The translations under genes and the position numbers were made by a program. The notes beneath the pieces were generated by a model. That model saw only the letters and a program-made list of their open reading frames with translations. It had not been told where the DNA came from and made no database searches. A stretch of DNA of 64,000 nt from Mytilus californianus (taxonomy: Eukaryota): assembly GCF_021869535.1 (NCBI RefSeq), contig NW_026262581.1:121024001-121088000 (forward strand). The letters are read 5' to 3'. Below are positions 11,107-23,033 of the stretch, one piece after another (the stretch's first letter is position 1; each line of letters opens with the position of its first letter).

Positions 11107-11770
11107 CTGGACTGTCAACCACTGAATCAAAATGACAGTTAATGAGAAGGCTTGACTTGGAAGTATTTGGTGGTTCAAGCAATACCACTACATTCTGAAG
11201 ATTTTCATACACAGAATAATAGTTTGTCTGTACAAAATTCTTTAAAAGGAATGATCCACTGACTTTCTGAATGTCAATTGTCAGAGAATTCACTGGTGAA
11301 TGTTCTTGGCTTGTTTCTCTTATAATATCTATTTGATTAACAATATATTGTACAGCTTGAACCTCATTTGCGTTGCTTCCAGCCACCTTAGGTCCAAAGC
11401 TACACAATTCCAGCAAATGTTTACGTGCTCCATCTTCAAAAAATTGATCCTTCTCTGCATAGGCTGTGGAGTATTTAGGCTCTGGATATTTGTTATATTT
11501 TACTTCATGCAGACACACGTAGGTGACTGTATATAATATGACCACTGTTGGCCAAATGAAAAGGGCACTTATCTGTGTTTTATTACGTGCTTTAGTGCTT
11601 TCAACACTAGAATTTCTCCTTGATGTGTCAACGAAAATATTATTAATGTTAGTGTTCCTTTTCCTTGCATAATCTTTCGAATCATTGCCTGTGGAGGCTG
11701 TCATCTTGGATACAGTAAAGGCAGCAGTAGTATACCGCTGTTCAATAGTCATAAATCGAGGGAAACACAT
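11107..11770 (-). CDS. ERMP1: ERMP1 (endoplasmic reticulum metallopeptidase 1, M28 family) first coding exon: N-terminal TM helix and LLINCHFDSV motif
   Basis: ORF 11075-11773; donor G|gtaata at 11106; acceptor tcttatag at 11774-11775 precedes ATG 11770 (alternative ATGs at 11752 and 11704); motifs GPKVAGS.ANE and CHFDS. Confidence 0.9.
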
Positions 11771-13804
11771 CAACTATAAGATGATTTTGTATACATGATA
11801 CACCCGATACAGGATACAGACAGGATTAAGGAAGTAAACATGGTGAAAGGGTCTCACAATCTGTATCCTGTATCGGGTATTAGTGAGTTATTATTCGAAG
11901 TCAAATTAAATCAGTATATGTCTTTATTCCTATTAATTAAAGGGCCCACATAGAGCATATAAATCAACACAAATCACAAAGTTCATACAATATCCACACA
12001 AACAAACACGTGCAATCTAACATACATACTGATTATTTATCTTTAAAAATGATTAAAAAACAAATATGGAAACATGATTATAAACATATATATATCAGCG
12101 CATCGGCACCACGATATTTTTGCAAACAGAAACTTTACATATAATAATGCTTTATTAAGCAAACATTACAAGGGATAATCAACAGAAACAAACTTAATGC
12201 AATTTAATCGATGTGATTAATCAGTAGATAACAAGCTATTTATAAATAGCTATATATTTCAATTTGTAAACAAAGAAAATGGCGGTGAATTATGAAAACC
12301 GGTGCCAGTTATCTGAATTAAAAAATCTATATACCTTACCATCAGCACTTTATAAGAAGGAGCAAAAGACAATAAAATATTAATACCATTCGAAAAGATA
12401 GACCTAAATTATATAGAGAAACCGCATACTGTACCGTATTTATCACATCTCGTGAAAGAATGCATTGCTGGCTTTGCGCATTAGGACAGGTGCTCATAAT
12501 GGGTAACAAGAATAACCCCCTCAGTGAAAGTTGAATGGCATGACTCCACCACACAAGGTATAATTGAAAGAACGGATTTTGAAGTACATTCTTCAGAAAG
12601 TGTTGGGGATTATGAAGGGGATACATTGATGTTTAAAGTTATTGTATATCTGACCACAGGTAAAATAATGTCCTTCAAGCAGTGGTGCTAAAACGAATAT
12701 CAACAAACTTTAAGAATAGTTGAAAACTTGTCAGCTAGTGCTGAAATGACCACCCCAATAATTCTTGAATTTGAAAACGGAGTAGATAATAAGTCTTGCA
12801 CAAATCACCATACCATTCCAAAAAGTGCACATGTCAATGAATTCAATCAAATCCTATCTGCAAATTCAGTAATCCTACAACAACAAGATAAGATCAAATC
12901 TAAAACTCCGGAAAATGTACCAATCACATCAGCAGTCAAAGAATGAAAATACCATAATCAATACAGACACAAACAATAGTGTATCAGATGAACCACACTC
13001 AACTTCAGAATCCTCTCAAATTCAGCAAAGGTTATCAATCTTAGAAGACAGCACGATAAGTATGCCATCTGAAATTCTAAATGCTGCTTGCACATTCGTC
13101 TATAACAAAAACTTTGAAATATTACTCAGTAAGAATCTCCAAGGGTTAAGAAGTGATATCGTGGAAGACGTAATGAAATTAATGAATAAAGTTGAAACAT
13201 CTCCCGAGTCTATAGAAACACTTAAACAAGTTCACGCAAGAGAACTAAAGATGCTACGTGAAAAATGCATGAATCTGATATTGATAAAAAGAAGAGAATT
13301 GAAAACTTTGAAATAGAAAAATGTCAACTCCTGAGTTAAAAGCCAAGGAATTGGAGAGGAATAGTAATCAAGCAAAACAAGTGTTTCATGCAGCGGAGGA
13401 ACAGCTACAGAATAAGATTATAGTTCTCACTGAAAAACAAACTGAACTAGAAATTCTTCTCCATGAAAATCATGCTAAACTACAGGAAAAAGATGCCACC
13501 ATTGAGAAATTACATGATATGCTTCTAACAGTGAAAGAATATATATTAGGAGGTCAATGGTCACCGGTGAAGGGAGAACAACCCAAAAATTAGTCGTGTT
13601 CAAAAACTTCTGGATTCCAATACCAGTCAAATTTGCATCACAATACAAAGAGTTCCGCATCAATGATACAATGATTCAGGAGAAAGAAGTGTCATTTGTT
13701 CAATATTCCACCCTTAAGCAAAACCCAGTTAAAAAAAGGTTATCTTCCATAATAGTACAATCCCAAAGTTCATTGATATCAAGCGGCTGACAACATCTTT
13801 TCAG

Positions 13805-14485
13805 TTGGAGCGTCTGGCTAAAAGAACCGCCACATTAGAAGACCTTAAAGAGTATATTCAACAGTATGAAGATCTGACTGACGTTATTGTAATTCGTCAT
13901 GTAGGAACAAATGATCTACGACAGTCACCTGATGTTGTGTATTCCGCTGTGGATAAATATGTTGAAATCATTGAAAATCTCGAAAGACTCGGCGCAAGAA
14001 TAATTATCTCATCACTTTTACCATGTAGGATAACTAGGCTTACTAGGAATATTTGTCAGTTCAATGAAACATTGTACTCAAAATTAAGAGACAACAAAAA
14101 TGTTACATGGAGTGACAACTCTAACTTTTTTCTTGATGACACATCATATAATGTCAAGTTGAATCTATATGACAAAGATGGTCTTCACATTAACATTAAT
14201 GAGGGAACAAGAGTCTTGGTAGGTAATTTGAAAAAGACCCTAAGTTGTGTGCTAAATGGAAAGTGGCCTTCATACAAAAAGAACAACAAAGTACCAACAA
14301 ATAATACAACCAGTGGCAAAAACTACCAAAACCATGGTTTCTATGATGGATACTCTAAAGATCAAATGAACAAGCACGACATGAGAAATTACAATGTTAA
14401 CCACAAATTTGTAGATAACAAGGATATGAAAATGATTGAAATGGTTGTAAACACTGTTGCAACCCTTCAAATGTTCAAGAATTAA
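13805..14485 (+). pseudogene. LINE A ORF1 SGNH/GDSL esterase domain
   Basis: HVGTNDL, IISSLLP and DKDGLH motifs, typical of non-LTR ORF1 esterases. Confidence 0.85.
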
Positions 14486-16879
14486 CTAGTCTCACCATGT
14501 TAAAGTATACCTGACATACTTAAAGACTCTACAGTTATTGTTTATTTTATCTAAGCTATATTTTATTTTTATTTTTCCGTTTTGTTTTCATTATTATCTA
14601 GTCAATTGTTTTAAATTTTGCAAGTCATATTTTTTTTTTCAAAATTTGAAAGGATACATATTAAAAAAGATGAAAAAAAAATCCTACATTTAAATAACTT
14701 TTCAACATTTCTATAATTTTTCTAAAATTTTGTTTTTCAACTCTGAAGGTTTCTGTTGAATCCCTTAAAATTCAAAGAATGTTAAAAAACAAATTAACAA
14801 TTAGTTCTTAGAATGTGCATGGTTTGTTTTACAGGGAAGATGGGAATAGATATTGCAAACTTAATGGTCCTGATTTTTGTGAAAATTACATATAAATTCT
14901 GATATTATATTTCTATTAGAAACAAAGGCCGATAAGGAAGATAATATATGTTTGAAAGGTTATGCCTTATAGAAAAAGTCATTCGCATCAGGAAAGGTAA
15001 AGCTATTCATGGAGGCATTGCTCTATATGCCAGACCAAATGTTAATAAAGGAATTACATTAATAAAAAATAATTGCTCTGAATTTTTGTGGGCAAAACTA
15101 AGTAAAACATCATGTTCATCTGATATATTTGTTTGTTTTGCTTACAACTCACCAATACAGTCTAGCTACTCTAAATCTCTAAAAAGTGAGTTATCAACAC
15201 TAGAGAAGATCGAACAAGACCAGAGTAAGCTTTCAAATTTAGGGGAGACTATCATTATGGGGGACCTAAATGCTCATGTCAATGAAAATGACTTGGATTT
15301 TATTTCATCTGATCATGTTAAAAGTTTACAAGATATATATACTTCCTAGTTCATATATGGCAGATAATGTACATTATAGGAGATACTGTACTAAAAAGAA
15401 TACTAAGACTGATGAATACGGAAAACGCCTATTAGAGATTTGCATATCATCTAGAAGCAGAATTCTAAATGGGCGAACTTTAGGTGATACATTAGGTAAA
15501 CCCACTTCCCATCAATATAATGATAGTGCTGTTGTTGATTATTGTATTGTTAGTAATAATATCATGAATATGCTAAAAAATGTATGTTTTTTTTACTGTA
15601 AAGGATTTTACTGACCACTCTGATCACTGTCCTATAAATGTATGTTTATCTTTAAATTATTGCTAAGTACAACAAAAAGTTGGGAGACCAATACCTAAGG
15701 GTTTACAATGGAACAATGCGGTTCAAAAATGTTATGCAGACATGATGTCAAAGGAAGTTGAATCTAATGTACAACTATTCTTAGGTAAAGACAGAGTAGT
15801 ACAAAGAAATGGGATTGGTGAAGCCACTGATGATTTAACAGATCTGTTTCATAACATTATCAATAAGATAAGAAGTCATTTAAATCTTCCCAAGGGTAAC
15901 AGGTTTAAAGCTAAAAAACGTAAACGAAAGAAATCTAGTTTAGGGTTTAACAGTGAGTGCGAGTCAATGTATTGCACTTTAATCCAGTCTTCTCGTTCAC
16001 TCTCTAATTGTTCTGTAAATGAAGAAAAGTTGAAGAATTACTTTAGACAAAAAAAGCAGTTAAAAAAATGAGTACGAAAAAAAACACGACAGTATAAAGA
16101 AAAGATGCTTGACTCCTTACTGGAATTAGAAAACAAAAATCCCAAGGCTTATTGGGATATTATTAATAAATTTAAATATTCTGACAATGACATCAGTGAT
16201 CAAAGTTCTAATATTCCCTCTGATGAATGGTATAATCATTTTGATAAACTTTTAAATGTAGATTATAGTAATGAACAGGATGATTTTCCTTCAAGTTGTG
16301 ATTTCACTAGGTATTATGTTTTACTTGATTATGATATAAATATGCAGGAAGTGTTTAAAGCTATAAAAAGTTTAAATTATAACATAAGTGTAGGTTTTGA
16401 CTGTAGAAGTCATGAGATGCTTAAACATTCTAGTGTGAATATGTTGAATTGTATTTGCAAACTTTTCAATATCATTTTGAAGTCAACTTTATTTCCTAGT
16501 AGTTGGATAGAAAGTATGATTAAACCTCTTCTAACAGGAGACGTTAGAGATCCAAGTAACTACAGAGGTATAGCAATCTCTAGTTGTCTAAATAAGTTGT
16601 TTGTAAAGATCCTATGCAACAGATTAGATTTATTTGTAACTGAGAACAACATACAATGTAAAAATCAAATAGGCTTCAAAATAGCTAACAGAACAATTGA
16701 TCATGTTTATACATTAAAATCTATTGTGGATAAGATGTTTAGGGCAAAAAAATATCTATATTGTTGTTTTGTTGACATTAGAAAAGCCTTTGACACAGTA
16801 CGTAGGAATTTTCTCTTCTCTAAACTGCTTGAGCAAGGTATTAGTGGCAAGGTTTTCCATTTAATCAAAGATATGTATA

Positions 16880-18645
16880 TGTTAGCGGCAATAAGTGAAA
16901 TTAGGCATTAAGCTTAAATCCTAGTCAACAAGCTATAACGCCTAGGCAATAAGTCTATTGCCTAAATAGTGTTCGGCATTAATCTTAAATCCTGAAAAAT
17001 GTGTCCAGGCATTAATCTTAATGCCTAAAATGTAAATGAGAGTAAATAAAAAACATGTGTTCAAAATTAACACACATTTGGTACATAATAACATGATAAG
17101 AACTGAAGTTTAAAATGTCAACTCCTTGGAATAAAGTCACCAGTTCTGACCATTTTATTTTGAAACTCGGGTATAACCAAAGCTGTAAATTCACGACCAT
17201 TGTGATAATGCAGTTTATGGGACGCACTTAAAAAATAAAAATAAAATCATTAAAATTATGAAACCCTTAATTAAAACAAAAGTCACCTCTATTTAAGCAC
17301 ATTTGACGTACAAAATCTAATGGTAAAAATTTGTTTAAGTTGATTTTGGTATGCTATAAGACATTAATAGTTTCCATTTTTGTTTAATTGGAAATCCATT
17401 AAATCAACCTGTCCTCTACTGTTGAACTCTTCGGATGAAATGGCTTTCCATTCTACTCCCTTTCCTAAATACCTTTTCTTCATGTTACAATTTTCCCAAA
17501 GTGAAAGACATTGTTCGATGGAAATATTCGCGTAGCCATGGAATCAGCAGAAATATTTATATTGACATTGTTGTATTCTTGTCTTTCAGTTTTGCTTATG
17601 TACTTTGTCTATAAAGTGTCTATATGCCATTTCGTTTTTCTTTCTTGAAATTGTTATTTGTTATAGTGATTTAGATCATAACATAATTTTGACTGCTGTT
17701 CCCCAATTTTTGACATTTTACCTAAAATGTCTGATTGTTTTGGTCAAACATTGTTGTCAAACAAGATTAGCTAGCTGTAAAACAAGGTTTAATCAATCAT
17801 TTTCTACGTAAGGAATATGACAATTGTTTTCCATTCGTTTAATGTGTTTGAGCATTTGATTTTGCCATTTGATAAAGGACTTTCCGTTTTGAATTTTCCT
17901 TTGAGCTCGGTATTTTTTGTTATTCTACTTTGTATATAGTCACTACTAACTTGTTTAAATCATACGGTCTCTGTCGCCATGACCTGTTTGTATAAAAATA
18001 AGGAGATGTGATATCATTGCCAGTGAGACAACTATCCACAAAAATTCAAATGAAGTTGATGTAAGCAATTATAGCAAACATTACGGCTTTCAACAATGAG
18101 AAAAACCCATACCATATAGTCGACTATAAAATTAAGGCCCAAACAAGAAAATATTAAATGTTCCTTTTCCAAAGTACCACGATAAAGAAAAAAAAATTAA
18201 TTTTGAATTTTTTTCTCATCATTCTCCTTTACTGTACTTATCAATCTTTCAAAGTCTCCTAAGGTAAAAAAAAATGTAATACGTTTTTTTTTAATTGCAG
18301 TAGTCTATAGATGCCATCTTTTCTGGGTATTCTAAAAGTTAAAAAATTATCATTGTAAATTCAGTTGAATTAGACCAAGTGTATATCAATATTTGGAATA
18401 CAACTTAAAAAATACTTTAAACAAAGAACATTTTACCAATTGTACATTTACTTGGAAGATTAAAAAAAATCCCAAAGTTCACTTATTGCCTGAAATGATG
18501 TTTGGCAATAGGTTGAATAGTCATCATTATATTTCAGGAAATAAGCTTAATGCCTGAAAATTTCAGGCAATAACTTAATGCCTATGCGTTAGCTTATTGC
18601 CTAGGATTTAAGCTTAATGCCTAATTTTACTTATTGGCGCTAACA
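16880..18645 (-). mobile_element. Decayed Ginger2/TDD-like DNA transposon nested in the LINE A RT region
   Basis: 45-bp TIR (43/45 identical) starting TGTTAGCG; TATA TSD at 16876-16879 and 18646-18649. Minus-strand integrase remnants EEFNSRGQVDLMDFQ (about 17389-17435) and HNGREFTALVI (about 17170-17205) resemble KRBA2/SCAND3-type integrases. Confidence 0.85.
17995..18140 (+). repeat. Dispersed repeat (copies also at 30710-30840 and 50388-50530)
   Basis: Shared gagatgtg.tat.attgc.a.tgagacaact...ggc.ttcaacaatgag.aaa.cc.atacc. Confidence 0.7.
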
Positions 18646-18923
18646 TATACATGCGTTAGATATTCAGTTAAACTAGATTCTGGACTAGCTAACTGATTCC
18701 ATACTCCCAAATGTTGGTGTAAAACAAGGGTGTATACTGAGTCCCCTTCTTCTCCATTTATTTATGAATGACTTTCCAGGATACCTTGATGAGAAATGTG
18801 ATCCAGTAGATATAGGGAATACAACTTTAAATTGTTTAATGTATGCAGATGACATAATATTAATGTCTCAAACCAAAGAAGGGCTACAAAACTGTTTATC
18901 CTCTTTGGAACTTTATTGTAAAA

Positions 18924-21212
18924 TATCACCAAAAACTTTATAAATCACTTTCAGATAACTTTAAAAATAATCCAAAAGAATATTGGAATGTTCTAAAGGC
19001 AATAAAAAAGAAACCAAATATTGAAGAAGATATTCCTGAAATTTTAATGAATGAAAATAAAATCATAAAACATTTTCAGGATCAGGGTACACCAACATCA
19101 TATGATAAACCCTTTGTAAATAAACTGGAATGTGAATTAAACATTCTAGAGGATAATATTGAATTGAATATGGAAACTGATGCACCAATTACATTTGCTG
19201 AGGTAAAACTGGTCATTTCAAACCTTAAAGTAAACAAATCAGCAGGTCCAGATAGAATTGTGAATGAAATACTCAAACATTCACAACCTGTGATAATTAA
19301 TTCTATTGTAAAAGTTTTTAATTTGATTTTAAAGACAGGTAATTATCCAGATTCATGGAAATTATCTTTCATGATCCCTTTACATAAAAAAGGTGACAAG
19401 TTAGACCCTAATAATTATAGAGGAATTTCTCTTATAAGTAATCTACCAAAACTTTTTAATGCCATATTGAATAATAGGCTAATCAAGATTGTTGACAAAC
19501 AATTAAGTGATTGTCAGTTTGGTTTCAGAGAAAATCACAGAACAGCTGATAGCATCTTTTTATTGAAGTCCTTGATTAATAAATATCTACATAAAGAGAA
19601 AAAAAAGATTTATGCCTGCTTTATAGATCTGAAAAAGGCTTTTGATTCAGTATGGAGAACTGCTTTACTTTATAAATTATGCAAAATGGGAGTTGGCAGG
19701 TCTTTTTACAGAGTTATAAAACAACAATACTTAAATACTAAATCATCTTTCAAATACAAAGATTATGTATCAGAATTTTTTAATATTGCTAGAGGGGTTA
19801 AACAAGGAGACACCCTCAGCCCAACTTTATTTAATGTCTTCATAAATGATATTGTAAAAAATTTTGAGGGAAATGATTCAAGTCCCCTTAAGCTTATAAA
19901 TAGTAAGGTGGGATGCCTCCTTTTTGCAGATGATCTTTTGATCCTGTCAGAATCGAAAGAGGGTCTTCAAAACAGTTTAAATAATGTTAAATTATATTGC
20001 AACAAATGGCAACTCTCTTTAAGTACAAACAAAACAAAATCCATGATTTTCAGTCAGTCCAAACAAAATGGTGAAACATCACATATTTACTATGAGAATG
20101 AAGCCATAGAGAGCGTATCAGAATATTCATTTTTGGGAATGCTGATAAAATGTAATGGAAATTTATCACAAAGTACCTTAGAGCTGACAAAAAAGGCAAA
20201 AAAAGTATTTTTTGCAATAAAATCCTATACTAAATCATTGAATAATCTACCTATAAAAGTAGCAAATAACCTTTTTGATTCTTTAGTAAAACCAATTATG
20301 ACCTATAATTCAGAAGTAACATATTTAGATACATATATTTCTTTTCATAGAGCCAAAAACAGAGCCTTATCTTCAGGAAAACAAATTAATCAACTTGATT
20401 TTACAGACAAAACCCCTATTGAAAATATGCATCTTAAATTTTGTAAATCTACTCTAGGAATAAGAAAAAATGCATCCAATTTAGGGGCAAGAGTTGAATT
20501 AGGAAGATTGCCTATAGAATGTTTTATTAAAACACAAACCCTTTTATATTTAGCTAGACTATATAATAATAATATTAATCCATTGATAAAGGAAGCTTTT
20601 TCTCTAGCACAGTCTCTAGATTTGACTGGAACTTATTCATGGTATACATATGCAAAGAATATTGTTGAAGAGACTAATATTGACCTTAATATTTTTTCTA
20701 ATTGTAAGGACATAAAAGATGTAAATAAAATAAAAAACGATATAAAGTTAAAAATGAAAAATAGATATGAAGATTTAATTGAAACTAAATTTGAAAACAT
20801 TGATGATAAAAGTAAATTTTATCTATATAAAAAACTTAAAAAGGATTGCAAACTAGAATCTTATCTAAATATATCTAATTTTCAGATAAGGAGATTGATC
20901 ACTAAATTTAGACTAAGTGATCACTCCCTCTTAATTGAAAAGGGGAGATATTTTAAAATCCCAAGAGAGGAACGACTTTGTCATAAATGTAAAATACTAG
21001 AGGATGAGAAACATTTTTTACTCTATTGTGATTATAATAAAACACTAAGAAATGCCTTTTTTGAACACATATGTACTGAAAATAATAACTTTAATAATTT
21101 AAATGAAGAAGAAAAAATTCATTATTTACTAAATCCATCAACGCCTTTACAAACAAATAAGTTAGGATCCTTCTTGAAAAAGTCATTAGAACTGAGGGCA
21201 GGGGACTCTTAA
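18924..21212 (+). CDS. LINE B ORF2 remnant: reverse transcriptase plus C-terminal CCHC-like domain (N-terminally truncated)
   Basis: ORF 19047-21212 extends without a stop to 18924; motifs NYRGISL, FIDLKKAFD, GVKQGD.LSP.LF, LFADD, RLSDHSL.IEKGRY...C..C...EDE.HF...C. Confidence 0.9.
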   Translation, partial: YHQKLYKSLSDNFKNNPKEYWNVLKAIKKKPNIEEDIPEILMNENKIIKHFQDQGTPTSYDKPFVNKLECELNILEDNIELNMETDAPITFAEVKLVISNLKVNKSAGPDRIVNEILKHSQPVIINSIVKVFNLILKTGNYPDSWKLSFMIPLHKKGDKLDPNNYRGISLISNLPKLFNAILNNRLIKIVDKQLSDCQFGFRENHRTADSIFLLKSLINKYLHKEKKKIYACFIDLKKAFDSVWRTALLYKLCKMGVGRSFYRVIKQQYLNTKSSFKYKDYVSEFFNIARGVKQGDTLSPTLFNVFINDIVKNFEGNDSSPLKLINSKVGCLLFADDLLILSESKEGLQNSLNNVKLYCNKWQLSLSTNKTKSMIFSQSKQNGETSHIYYENEAIESVSEYSFLGMLIKCNGNLSQSTLELTKKAKKVFFAIKSYTKSLNNLPIKVANNLFDSLVKPIMTYNSEVTYLDTYISFHRAKNRALSSGKQINQLDFTDKTPIENMHLKFCKSTLGIRKNASNLGARVELGRLPIECFIKTQTLLYLARLYNNNINPLIKEAFSLAQSLDLTGTYSWYTYAKNIVEETNIDLNIFSNCKDIKDVNKIKNDIKLKMKNRYEDLIETKFENIDDKSKFYLYKKLKKDCKLESYLNISNFQIRRLITKFRLSDHSLLIEKGRYFKIPREERLCHKCKILEDEKHFLLYCDYNKTLRNAFFEHICTENNNFNNLNEEEKIHYLLNPSTPLQTNKLGSFLKKSLELRAGDS

Positions 21213-21358
21213 CAACTTGTTTGTTTTTATAAATTTTGATGCTGTTTTTATTGTGTTTGTTTGATATGTATGTATATATGTTTATTGTGTTAATACATGT
21301 TGGTCACAAACTGTAAAGTTTATAAGACAATAAAATATTTGATTTGATTTGATTTGAT
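18924..21358 (+). mobile_element. Young 5'-truncated LINE (LINE B, RTE-X-like) nested in LINE A
   Basis: 8-bp TSD ttgtaaaa at 18916-18923 and 21359-21366; aataaa + (TTTGA)n tail; reading frame uninterrupted from 18924 to 21212. Confidence 0.92.
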
Positions 21359-21904
21359 TTGTAAAAAATGGCAATTATCACTGAATATAGAAAAAACTCA
21401 AATAATAGTGTTTAATAAATCAGGTAAATTATTGAAAGACTGTAATTTTTTATTTTGGTCAAAATCTCATCAAAAGTGTTCAAGAGTATAAATACATAGG
21501 TATTGTAATGAGAGCATCAGGTTCTTTCAGTACTGCAGTCGAAGATCTTAGTAGGAAAGCTCTTAAAGTAATTTTCATGATTAAACGTAAATTTCATTGT
21601 TCACATAATAATACACCTTTGCTCTTAAAACTTTTTGACTCCTGTGTTAAACCTGTACTTCTATATGGAAGTGAATTGTGGGGTCCGTACCATGATTCTT
21701 AACCTGGACAAAAGATTAACACCAGGTTTAAATGACGATTTAGAAAAGACTTTTTAAAATTTTTCACATTCGATATTGTAAATTTGTACTTGGTGCCACT
21801 AAATATGCTTCTAATATTGCCAGTATGGCAGAATTTGGTCGTTACCCAAAATTAATTTCTATATTTGTTATTTTGCAGTCTCTTAAATACTGGCTATATT
21901 TGTA

Positions 21905-23033
21905 CCTGTACGAAATGGGACGCCCGAAAATGACACGGAAACCAGGCGTAGAAATCATACTCTATCAGGGCGTCATTGTAGTGTTTACGGAATGCATGTC
22001 CATGCGTCAACCAGGCGGAAACCAAGCGTAACTGAGGCGGAAACCAGGCGTAAAATTATGCGTAATATTTAAATGAGTACGCCTGGTCCACAGAAAACCA
22101 GGCGTTATATGCAAATGAGTACGCCTGGTCAATAAAAAAACCAGGCGTAATATCCTCACATAATACTACACTTATTTTAAATCAGTGTATTGCCCTAGCT
22201 GTGTACTTTTGTGTATTTGATACAAACTTCTGTACTATTGCTTAAATTTCTCATTGTTTGACATGACACTTGAAGTATTAACCATTAATTGAAGAAGCTA
22301 TATAAATAAATACATATTAGACAGACACTGGCTCAAATATGTTTAAGTTTAAATTAGAATTATGACCATTAATTCTTCCTGAAATAAAACCAGCATTTTA
22401 ACTAAGTTTTTTTGAAAATTAATGTCATTTGAACCAAAATATCTATGATTATACTGCAATTTAACTTAATGTGAAAGATTTTAATGTTATCATCCAAGGA
22501 TGAAGGCAAGTTTTCAGAATTCAAAATTACTGTTAAAAAAAAACTTAGTTACTCACATAATTATCTTTTATCATGTATATTACTTTCCTTTTATTTCACA
22601 ATTTTCATTAATCAATTTGATTGCATAATTCCTTAATTCCAATTTCAAATTCTTCCAAAAAGCACAAAACAATCTTAATTATCCCTGAATATATAAAGCT
22701 GCCATAAGTCGAACTCTTGCAAAATAATACCAACGAAAGAGCCAAATTTTGAAAAAAAATCCCATGATCCTTTATCAACAAAGCATTATGATTTACGCCA
22801 AACCAACAGTTTTACGCCCGTAGGAAAATTTACGCCTTGCTTATTTCAATTTACGCCAGGTTTACCATATTTTCTACGCCCGTATAGGACTACAAATTTA
22901 CGTTTCCTGTTCCCTTACGCCTGGATCTGGACACGTAACGACCACTTACGCCTGGATCTGGACACGTAACTACCACTTACGCCTGGTTTACGCCAGATTC
23001 CCAGTCGTAATACGCCTTATAATTTCGTACGGG
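21905..23033. mobile_element. Non-autonomous TIR element with many subterminal repeats (CMC/EnSpm-like) nested in LINE A
   Basis: TIR ccYgtacgaaat; many ccaggcgt copies on the left and acgcc(tgg) copies on the right; flanks TA/CA, TSD ambiguous. Confidence 0.7.

Noticed and set aside
12728-13790. Several separate coiled-coil ORFs as host genes
   Set aside because: They are consecutive frameshifted pieces of LINE A ORF1 leading into the esterase domain.
18646-21212. Chimeric in-frame fusion of the LINE A RT with LINE B ORF2
   Set aside because: The frames differ by one base at 18923/18924, and LINE A is already disrupted upstream.
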